In this document: positions 40,537-50,485 of the stretch, piece after piece
Position numbering within the stretch: the first letter of the stretch is position 1
Layout: each line of letters starts with the position of its first letter
DNA from: Takakia lepidozioides
Taxonomy: Eukaryota; Plantae; Bryophyta
DNA: 64,000 nt
Assembly (NCBI GenBank): GCA_030704615.1
Contig: CM060734.1
Coordinates: 51,770,001-51,834,000 of the forward strand
Direction: 5' to 3'
Translations under genes and position numbers: made by a program
The notes under the pieces: model-generated
The model's database searches: none
Told to the model about the DNA's origin: nothing
What the model saw: only the letters and a program-made list of their open reading frames with translations

Positions 40537-43500
40537 TCAAAGAGAATTTGGCGGAGCCCTACGTGAGGTGTCCCGCTGCAGAAAGGTGATGACTTCTCCG
40601 TAGCCTAGTGTGGCTTGGTGAATGAATTGGTCTTTCTTACCGTCGCAGCACATAATTACAAGGTATATGTAATATTGATGCTGGCAGGGGACCCACTTCT
40701 CTCTCATGCCGAGAGCGCCCTCACGCATCGTTACAAAATCCGGACAAGTGCACGTAGGGAAATTCCCCACGGTAACCTGATATTCTTTGCCATGAAGAAC
40801 TGAGCCAATAGACAGCACTGTGTAAATCCGTCCATACCCCGGGGCAGGGACTTCGGTGATATGAGTCACCCGAGCCTGCAAAATTCTAGCCGATTCCATC
40901 TTGCATTCGTGATCTGCACCCGAAGCAACACGGCGCATTGTTTTTCCATCTCTTTTTGTTGGGTGGGAGTCGGCATCGGCTGGAGGCATTGCCGGAGCAT
41001 GTGACACATCTGAGCCGACAGTGCATGAGGGCACCACCCGGGACCGTGCAAGACAAAACCCTCCCTCCTCCAGCATGCTTATCTCGGTTGATGACAACGA
41101 CGTCCCAAGTTTGACAAACCAAATTGCGGGGGGAGGGGGCTTCATTATCACCGAAGGACAAACTGTTCCCTTGACGCATCGTGCCATATCGTCTGGGCAG
41201 AACCAGAACTTGTGGTCCTTTGACTCCCCACTATGATAAGGTCAGAACAACCCTATGAATGTTGGAGCTGGAGTCCCCCTGGAGCCTTTGCATATTTTTT
41301 ATTTGCATTTCTTGAAAGAGGGGGTCCGAATTGCCATGCAAGCCACTCTAGATCCTGGTGGGGTGCGTTCTATATGCCACTCACTATCAATGCAATCATA
41401 TTCATGCACCGTGGCCACCACCTCCTCCAATGAGATTTCTGCTGCTGTGTTTGCATGATCTGCACCTGCTCCACTGGAGGAGGACCCACCTGGGAAGGGG
41501 CGGGCACACGACTTAGTCTGCACTAGAGACACCTTTGGTACAGAGAAATTGACCCTGTCCAGCCAATGGGAATCTCCATCCGACCCTGGAGGAGTGTTCA
41601 ATTTCCTTTTGCATAATCCAAATCTTTCCTCGCCTTCCAAATGGGGGACCTTGGATTACAAAGGGGAGCCTTCAGTGCACCTGTTCAGAGCTCTGGCCAT
41701 CTTCGATGGGTCTCCAGACCTACTCGCAGCCCTTAGCATCACAAAGTCGTATCAGGGCCCTTGCCTCGCCTCCGCCGTCCCATCAGAAAATTGCGGTACC
41801 TGGTTTTTTTGTGTAAGTGCCCGCACCATGTCATCAGCAGTGGCCACATACAAGTCACGTCCTGCTTTGGTAGACTGCTGCATCCAGGCGTTGTGAACAG
41901 TCTCCGCCAAATTACAGGATGGCATGTCGGCCAAGTCCTCCAAGGACATGTCCTGTAGGAGGCATTGCATAGAAATGTGAGGAACGAAAGGAAATGGAAG
42001 AGGTTCTGCAAGTGACAATCCAACAACCCCAAACGAACAGGCACGATGCAAAGTTAAATTTGTGTTTCTGGGATTGAAGAGGCTTACCGTCGTCATGAAA
42101 GCTCCCCACTGTCTGTACCTGAAGTGCCAGAAAACCAACCAGTCCTCCAACTCCTTCAGGTGGATACCAGTAGCAGCACCAGAGGAGAACCACCAAGTCC
42201 GGATTGCTTGGTAAGTGCTCTCAGCTTCTCCCATTGAGGTGACATTTTTATACTTCAGGCAGAGCCTTTTGTGCTCTAAAGGTCAGGGCGAATGCAGCGC
42301 TTTGTATGACGTGCCAGCGATTGACTCCAATGGAAGAGGCATGTGCGCTCCCTATTTTCCATTGGGACCTTAGGATCCCCCGAACCAAACACGCGATGCA
42401 CTGCATTGAAATTCGCCTCTGCACTATCAGCCATGAAGCCCGTAAAATTTGTGTTCTATATTCCGTTGCGCTGCATGACGGCCAGGAGCGAATTAAGCAT
42501 CTGGGATTCAGTGTCCTCCGACTGCATATCACAAATTGCTATGGAGAGCACACGCTGGTACGCTGGATCGTACACATGGCACGCCATGGTTGTCCAACCC
42601 TTCACCCGTTTGCAGTGATCAAACATTAACCAACATTTAGCCTCCAGGTTGCATTCGGCGGACTATGCTCACACCATTGCCTTCGCCCACTGTGGACATC
42701 TTGAACAAATACACCTTGGATGAGCCCTGACCAGGGAAGATACTGTTTTGAATGAATTCATAGCGACTCCTCCGTTTGAGGTCCATAATGTTGTCCATGA
42801 ATCCAGCAGTGCCTGTGCCCTTTCTGAGTGCATTTACCTGGTTTCGAATATTGGGAGAGCTCAACATGGAGAAATGGTCCATCACTGCATCAAGCGAATC
42901 TGCATCCAGCATTGGTTGTGTCGCATCCCTTTCACCCAGTATGTGTTTTTCCAGGAATGCCTTGCTAGCTGCAAGCGCTATAGTAGAAGGTGTTGCACAA
43001 GGGGCATTGTGGAACTCCTGCTTCAGCAGATTTCTAGCGATGTCCACGCTATCCCTGCAACTTCCTTTGGACACAGGATGCTCGTGTGTACCCATATGAA
43101 TGCAAGCACGAGTCATAATCTTGCATAGGTGTGCCACCTGGTACATACGAGCGTGACACACAGAAACACAGGACGGGGAAAGTTTGCAGAACCTACACAC
43201 AAAAGTATTGATCTTGGGATGGGCAAGCCCTGGGGTGAAAGAATTCAGGGGCACACCTTCCCACTCACTTTTGTTTGGTTTAGCGTTGTTTCTTAGCCGA
43301 GGGCAAGAAATATTCACGCACTTGCAATGCCCAACGCAAACCGACCTTCGAAATTTCAATCCAATGTCGTTGTGGATGTTCGTCGTTTTTGTCCTGCACC
43401 AAGGGTGTCCGTCATGTTTCTTGTCCATGCCCTGCAGAAGCCCAGCTAGTCCACTGGAAGACGTGGGAGGGTTGAGCTCAAACAAGATGTTCCATCAAAC

Positions 43501-44050
43501 TCTGCAAGCACATATTGAACCCACTGCACACGAAGGGACTCCCAATCAACAAAACGCAACTCGCTCTTGCACCCAGGCACCCCTGCGAGGGCTTTGAATT
43601 TCGGAATGACACTCGTTATCTCCTGCAATTCGTTGTCATCCAAGAATGGAGTTTGCACTGGCGGAGGAATCTCATAAACATCCTCCGAGGACGAGTCTGA
43701 AAGAGTCACGAATATAGTGGATGTGCTCACCTTTTGTTTCACATGAACTGTGCCCTTCTGCTGCACGACCGATGCTGCAGTGACAGGGGTAACTACTGAT
43801 CCTGCTGATTGTCTTCTCTCTTTTCCAAGGACCCGGTATGTGCCTGGAAGGACTCTCCACTTCTTTCCACACTCGCCAACCAATGGTTTCTCCAAGTGCC
43901 CAGAATCCAAACTCCCATCCTCGTCATACACCTCTTTTTGAACAAGCAGAGAATCCAATTCCAGCGGGAACACTGTAACCAGCTCATCCTCATGAACAAC
44001 TGCAAACCCATCGTTGTCTGCACTGGCAGTGAGTGGAAGACTACCTGCAT
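40537..44050 (-). mobile_element. MULE/Mutator-like DDE transposase with N-terminal GCM-type zinc finger and C-terminal SWIM (spliced, frameshifted)
   Basis: DGHPW..TNIHN..FRRSVCVGHCKC..C..CRFC..GTHEHP (GCM/WRKY-like); MFDHCKR, FMADSA, CLFHW (MULE CxxH), CNLAETVH (E); SWIM CTC..CQH. GT-AG intron ~41960-42090. Confidence 0.8.
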
Positions 44051-45053
44051 TGGAATGAAATCGAGACTGATCGAAAGTTGCGATTCACAACGGAATCCCC
44101 GAACTGATAGCCCGTAATTCTCGAAAGGGGATCCACCACAAACAAACTGAGGTCAATAAGGGTAGCACTGACCCAAAGACTGGGGGCGATACATGCAAAG
44201 GATGTAGGAATGACAAGCACCGAACTTCGCAGACAGCCACACTGAGAGACACCAACCAGAAAAACTAAGCCACAAGAAGTCGTGCTGTATTTGGATGAAA
44301 AACAAACCCTGAACATGACATGAAACCATCCATTATGGAAAGACAGCAACAACCCTGGAGAGCAGTAAACAGGAAGACCCCGAATCTAATGAGGTTGTAC
44401 TGTGCCAGAAGAGCACAGCACAAACACTGACACTCCGGGGACACACCTCGCACGAATGTGTGTAACACATGACCATTGCCGACACAACCCTTTATACCGA
44501 ATGACCCCATTGCGACGGTGACGGCGAAATGCAAACTGCAGGGTAGGCAGTGCAACACACGTGGATGCATATGTGAAGCATAACAATTATTGCGAATCTG
44601 CAAGTACTGCTCGAAATTGAACTAGCATTAGATTTCTACGACACTTCCGAATTTGAAAGAATGCAAGAAGGCTGCCATGTATTGGCAGGCGGCGAAGTAC
44701 ATCTGACATATATCACAAGTACATGCAACGGATGTACTTTTTATCTACCACTTTATTTCTTGGATAATACAAAGACGCCGAAATGGATGAATTCCGTTCG
44801 CACACAATGATAACAGCCGCATCCAAATACGGTTAACAATGTCAAATTTTTATTTTGGTTACATGCCATAGCAACCCTTGTTGCAAACGTCAAACTGGAG
44901 AGCTCTAGAGGCAGCGTGGGGAGCCCTTGTTTCCAGCAGAGGAGGAAGAGAAGGAAGTCGTTATACTTCACAAGCACTAGGGATAGTGTCGTGCGCATAC
45001 ATATCGCTACACAACTACATCGCTGTCCAAACCACACCACACATATATGCACA

Positions 45054-45398
45054 ATAAGAAAGCTAAGGACACTGTTGACACAAAACATATGAAATGCATC
45101 GCTATCACTCTTTATAATAGAAGTCGAGCCAGGGGCACCCCAAGCTATGGGGACTCCACCCCACAACAACCTACACTCCCATCATGAGTACACTCAGATC
45201 TAAACGCATGCAGGAGCTCGGTCGCGCAGGCTCAACTCGAGAGAGATGAACTGCGCGACTGCCGCTCTCGTGAAGATAAGACGGACCAGGTGTCAAACTA
45301 AACTTGACACCTGATTTAACACTTGACCTAAATCCAAGTTAAAATACAAATAACTAGTTTTATGCTAGCTGTTTCACACTGTGCTTATTAACTTGACA
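45054..45398 (-). repeat. Long repeat A2 (copy of the 5' terminal repeat)
   Basis: First ~285 bp appear identical to 56785 onward; a few differences in the remaining ~60 bp. Confidence 0.95.
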
Positions 45399-45400
45399 GC

Positions 45401-45475
45401 TGTCGTGCGCATACATACGCTATATCGCTAACAACTACATCGCTGTCCAAACCACCACACATGTATGCACAATAA
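45401..45475 (-). repeat. Short repeat B1 (second copy B2 forms the element end at 44987-45057)
   Basis: tgtcgtgcgcatac...caactacatcgctgtccaaacca...gcacaataa present twice, flanking A2. Confidence 0.92.
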
Positions 45476-45490
45476 AGTAGTCTACCACAA

Positions 45491-45500
45491 TCGCCCCCCT
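45491..45500 (-). promoter_or_regulatory. Polypurine-tract-like site (AGGGGGGCGA)
   Basis: Purine run on the coding strand, just before a TG and the 3' repeat block. Confidence 0.55.
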
Positions 45501-45749
45501 AGCTGGTGGATAGGTCCCTCTACCTCCAGATAGCTACAAGACGTAATAGCCATAGCCGTACTAAGTCCTCTATCACTGTCCCTATCGTACTCAAACTCAT
45601 AGACCAAGAGCCGGGTACAAGAGTAGCCCATCGTTAGTCGCCGTCTTGCAATCTGTGAACTTGAGCCAGGACTTCGTGTATTCAAGGTCTCCTGTAGCTG
45701 GGCCTTGCGTTCTTATTAGCCTCCCATGGTTGTATCCACTCCCACTATC

Positions 45750-47210
45750 CAATGCTTGTGGACATAACCAATCCCCATCTGGAACCATCTCAAGAGGTGG
45801 AGTCAAGCACCCCATATGCCAACCTCTAGAGCATCGATCACACACCAGCATGGTGGCTGCCCCTTTAGCAGACCCACACAACATGCACCTCAAACCGGCA
45901 GATACCACTGCCAGGTTTGGGTCAATCCTGCCATCGACATTCGGAAGGTGACATGGCGCACAATTACGCACATGGTCCTTCCAAGTTATGCCATCCCGAC
46001 CCTCCAAGACCAAGACGCCCTGAGGGCAAGACCTCTCGAACCCTCAAAATAACACGTCCTGCAGTCACATCCAGGGTCGTAGAGCAATCTGCTGCAGATA
46101 GACATAGTCACCAGGGTTGAATCTCCGAACCTCAGGACGATAGCCCCACCACGTATGGTAGCATACCTCAACGTATCACGGTGTTGTGCAATGGCAAGGT
46201 TCTCGAAAGCCATGGGCATGACTCTCTTGAACACTCTGCACGCTGCTCACATGCACGTGCCCACCCGTCCGGATCGTCAAGGTTAAGAACTGTAGCAGCT
46301 TCTTCTCTGCGAATGGATGTAGGCAAATCCGGCTCTCGGCCAAAGAGAAGAAAGTATGGTGAGAAGGAGGCAAGTGATGCTGCTTGCTGAACCTGTAGCC
46401 CATGGCTAACCAGGGTAACTGAAGGTCCCAATCTCCTAGGTGTCCATTCTGCAAGCCATACTTGCGCAAACCCCTCTTTACTGTCTGAACAACTCTCTCT
46501 GCCAAGCCATCGGCTTCAGGATGATCCCGAGAAAGTGGTGCGGTGGTCTATCAAGGGCCTTGTCACACAAAGCCTGAAACTCCCCCAAGAACTCTCCCTT
46601 GGTCCGTGAGTACCTCAGCTGGAGCACCGAATCGGCTAAGCACACAATCCAAGAATGCATACGCAGCTCCCTCACTAGCCTTATCAGGCAATGGAACCAA
46701 TTCAATCCACTTGGAGAAGTGCTCCACCATCACCAACACGTACTTGTTGTGGCGCATGGTCAGTGGCAACGGCCCTGCGAAGTCAAGACTCCACCTGTAG
46801 CCCAATCCCATGATCGGAAGAGGGTGCAATTGTGGAGTAGGGGCGTTGAATGAAGCACGCACCCTGTCACACACCATGCACCTAGCCACAAATTGTTGCA
46901 CCTCTGTGTGCATACCACGCCACCAATACTGCCCCTGCAGTAGACTATGAGTGCGTCGCACCCCAAAATGCCCCAACTCCTCATGGGCATGCCGCACTAA
47001 ACCGTGCCCGCTGTGTTGGGTGAGGCACAATCCTCACTCGCCCATCCTCCCATACTCGAAGCAGGTGTGTCCCCTCCCACCTGAACCTCTTGGCTCGTTG
47101 TAGGATCCGATCCCTCTCCTTGGCAGTCATAGTGGGCTGTCGTGTCCCACTGCGGAGGTAGTCCAACACAAACTGAATCCTCATGTATATCTTTGGCGCC
47201 ACCCTGCTCA
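45750..47210 (-). CDS. Integrase (HHCC + DDE) with C-terminal PHD finger; frameshifted in this assembly
   Basis: HEELGHFG..CMVC; WSLDFAGP; TDQG; AERVVQ; PHD CMLC..MLVCDRC..WHMGCL.PPL..VPDGDWLCP (~45755-45887). Confidence 0.92.
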
Positions 47211-47392
47211 TTGCTGGCCTCAGGGTCCTCAGACACTTGATCTACAGTCATCCCTGTTGTAGGTCCAACCTGGCCTTCCGCTGCCAGATACACAGAAATG
47301 CAGATGCATGCCATCCGGGCACCATCTCCTCTCCGTCTCACCATGCCACCGAGCTCCAGTGTCATCCTGCTGGCTCGTGCATGGATTGCGAC

Positions 47393-48718
47393 TCAACCCA
47401 TCTGCATTTCGATTGACCAAACCCGGTCGATGCACCACCTGAAAGTCATACTCTTGAAGGATGAGTGCCCACCGTGCAAGCTTCCCCGAAGCTTGTCTGA
47501 CTCATCAACCACTTGAGTGGGTTGGTGATCCGTGACAAGGGTGAAGAGATTGCCGTATAGATAGCACCTGAAGTGTGCCACGGCCCACACTGCAGCTAAG
47601 CATTCTCCCTCATATGAGCTATACTTAGACTCTGCAGCATTGTTCGAGCGGCTAGCATAAGCCACTACGAACTCTCTTCCCTCATCATCCACCTGTGTGA
47701 GCACCGCTCCAAGCCCCAGCATGCTCCAATCTGTATGCAGCTGAAAAGGACGCCCCCTGATAGGTCGTCTCAAGATGGGCGCCGAGGTCAACCTCGCCTT
47801 GAGCTCTTGAAAAGCTTGTTCTTGCTCATCTTCCCACTGCCACTCCTGGTCCACCTTGGTCAGCTTGGTTAGAGCCTTTGCAATGGCACTAAATCCCTTA
47901 ACAAACCGTCTGTAATAGTTTGCTAACCCCATGAAAGCTCGAACTCGGCTCACATCCGTGGGGCGTGGAACCTGTGCAATGGACTCTACCTTAGTCTGCT
48001 GTACCCCCAATCCTCCAGGATATATCATGTGACCCAGATACTCAATCTGGTTGTGGAAAAACTTGCACTTGCCCGGATGTAACTTCAATCCGTGCGTCCT
48101 CAAGCGCTCAAATACCCCCTGAAGGTGTCTCTCATGCTCCTCCACCGTAGCACTAAAGATGATGATGTCATCTATGTAGCACCGAGCAAACTCCACCCCT
48201 GCTAGAATCCTGTCCATGACTCTTTGAAACTCAGCGGGAGCGTTTTTAAGCCCAAATGGTAAGAACCGCCACTGGTATAGGCAATCCTTCCCGTGCTCAT
48301 TGATCCCCCAGAATGCCGTCTTTTGCTTATCCGCCTCCTTGATCGGCAACTGGTGATATCCGGATCGTAAATCCAACGTGCTAAAGACCTTGGAATGCCC
48401 AATGGCATCAAAGATCTCCTCTGGTGTTGGCATGGCATACCTATCGGACTTGGTCTGACGATTTACAGGCCGGTAATCACCGCACATACGTCTCTCCGTC
48501 CAATTGCCATAGACATCCTTCTTAGCTGGCATCACTGTGGCTGAAGCATACTCTCCACCAGAGAGCTCCACCAAACCTGCCTCCCAGAGATCTTGAGTCC
48601 TCATCTGAATCAAAGACCTCTCCATGTCACTGTATCTATAGGGTCTCCGAAAGATTGGCGTGTCAGTGGCCAACTCAATACGGATCTCTTGACCCTTCAG
48701 TGCTCCCAAGTCCTTCAA
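47393..48718 (-). CDS. Gypsy reverse transcriptase-RNase H
   Basis: RMCGDYRPVN, LDLRSGYHQ, LPFGLKNAPAEFQ, YIDD, YLGH, RH HTDWS..E..TDH. Confidence 0.97.
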   Translation of the reverse strand: MKDLGALKGQEIRIELATDTPIFRRPYRYSDMERSLIQMRTQDLWEAGLVELSGGEYASATVMPAKKDVYGNWTERRMCGDYRPVNRQTKSDRYAMPTPEEIFDAIGHSKVFSTLDLRSGYHQLPIKEADKQKTAFWGINEHGKDCLYQWRFLPFGLKNAPAEFQRVMDRILAGVEFARCYIDDIIIFSATVEEHERHLQGVFERLRTHGLKLHPGKCKFFHNQIEYLGHMIYPGGLGVQQTKVESIAQVPRPTDVSRVRAFMGLANYYRRFVKGFSAIAKALTKLTKVDQEWQWEDEQEQAFQELKARLTSAPILRRPIRGRPFQLHTDWSMLGLGAVLTQVDDEGREFVVAYASRSNNAAESKYSSYEGECLAAVWAVAHFRCYLYGNLFTLVTDHQPTQVVDESDKLRGSLHGGHSSFKSMTFRWCIDRVWSIEMQMG

Positions 48719-49169
48719 ACTGAAGGCAAAGCAATTCCTATAAGCCCTCAGGAACCGCCGTATACGTCGTCTCTCTCCTCCGGTGACAATGGGTCCAATG
48801 TCAGGCTCCCAATTGTCCTCCGTAACTGCAACCTTAAGTCCAGTGGGCTTAGAGGTAGAGGACGCGTCCCGTGGTTGCTATGCTGCAACCTCTTGAGCAG
48901 TACCCCCTTCCTGCTCAGTCAATGACAAGGCCTCATCCTGCCCCATCATCTCATCATTGAGAACCTCCTCATCCCGAGAAGAATCCCCAACCTCATCCAT
49001 CACAGCTGCCTTCGCTGCCAACTCCCTCTGAACCTCGAGCACCTCCCACGTGTGCCATGGATGTCTACACCTCGTGGTCCTCACCGGCTCGCCCCCACTC
49101 GCTGCCTGTACCGTCTCGGTAGGCAGAGAGACCGTCAAGGGAAGTGCACTCCGCACTCTACGTTGCTCA

Positions 49170-50125
49170 GCCATAGCCAAGCTGACAATCCAGGTCAAGC
49201 AATTGAGATCCATTGCTTGCCCCAACACCTGACGACGTGATGCCTCAGAAAGAGAAGGCACCGCCGTGGTCCCAGTGGAAAACCCCATAGCCCGCTCTCG
49301 CTCGTCGGCATTAGGCTCCACTAACTGCTGCAACTGAGCATCCCACAGGAGGCCAGGTCCACCATCCCGAAAAGCATGGGATCCTGGGAAGCTGAGCAGT
49401 GTAGGTAATGCTGCTCGTGGTTGACCCACCCTGTTGACCACTGCCAAAGGCGAACGGTCATCGTGTCTCACACGTTGAGACTGCCTTCCTGTGTCCAAAA
49501 TGCCATCCACGTTGAGGTGTGCTGGCCGCTGCACCCCATCAAATGCACGCTTGAGCAGTGCGGGTGGCATCAAGTTAGTCCACCATAGTCGTGGACGATG
49601 AGCCCGTGACCCCACTGCAGCTGCATCCAGCAACACTGCTGACCCAAGCCACGACCGGACTTGATGCACACTGGCCATCACCCTGGCCCGAGAATCACCC
49701 ATCAGTGGTACATTCTCCAAGATGTATGCTGGAGATACAGCTTGATGAAGCTGCAAGCAGCGCAAAATCCGCACCATCTCCCAAAACAGACCCGTCCTCG
49801 AGTCTCGCAATCCATTGCCATGCCCGGCTGATGAATGCCCTTGGCAGGGCCAACCTGCCACTATCAGATCAATGGAGCCAACCTGCTCCAAATCTTGCGC
49901 CCCCAACAAGGAAATGTCTGCTGGCAAGGCTTGTTGGTATCCACGAACTGCAGACACAGGCAACAAGTCAGGGTACTGCTGTACCAACTGAGCACATGGC
50001 GCAGTGAGACGCGTCGTGCAGTCTCATCCCTCTCCACATACAGGTAACGCCTTACCCGCACACCTGCCTGTAGCACAGCAGCCAATCCGGTGCTGATCCC
50101 GCCAAACAAGTCCAGAAGGCAAATG
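49170..50125 (-). CDS. DNA (cytosine-5) methyltransferase domain, DNMT3-like, embedded in pol
   Basis: Ordered C5-MTase motifs: I LDLFGG, II YVERD, IV AGWPCQ (catalytic PC), VI ILENV, VIII AHRPRLWWTNL, IX ERERAMGF, X LGQAM. One 1-bp frameshift near 49992. Confidence 0.93.
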
Positions 50126-50485
50126 CCTTCATCCGGCCGCTGCCACACAAGAGGTGTGGTGTCCAATGGCGACAACTGAGGTGGCCCTGGTGCAATCACC
50201 GCACTCTCCTCCTCTCCTGACGGTACAAAAGCTTCTCCCAAGCTTGTTGCACCCGTCCATCAGCAGCTTGCTGCAAATCCTTGCTCGTACCCCACAACGG
50301 AGTGTGAGCAACCATGGCAGGCAACTCCGCCGTACCATGCATGTCATCCTGCTCTGCTGGAGGTGGCACATCCTCTGCATGGGCATTGCCTTCCAGCAAC
50401 TCTCCAGGCCAACTAACGGCAGCTGTGAAGGCGGCTAGTGTTGGCATCTTGCCCCGCTGGGCAGTTGCAATACCCCCAATGAATG

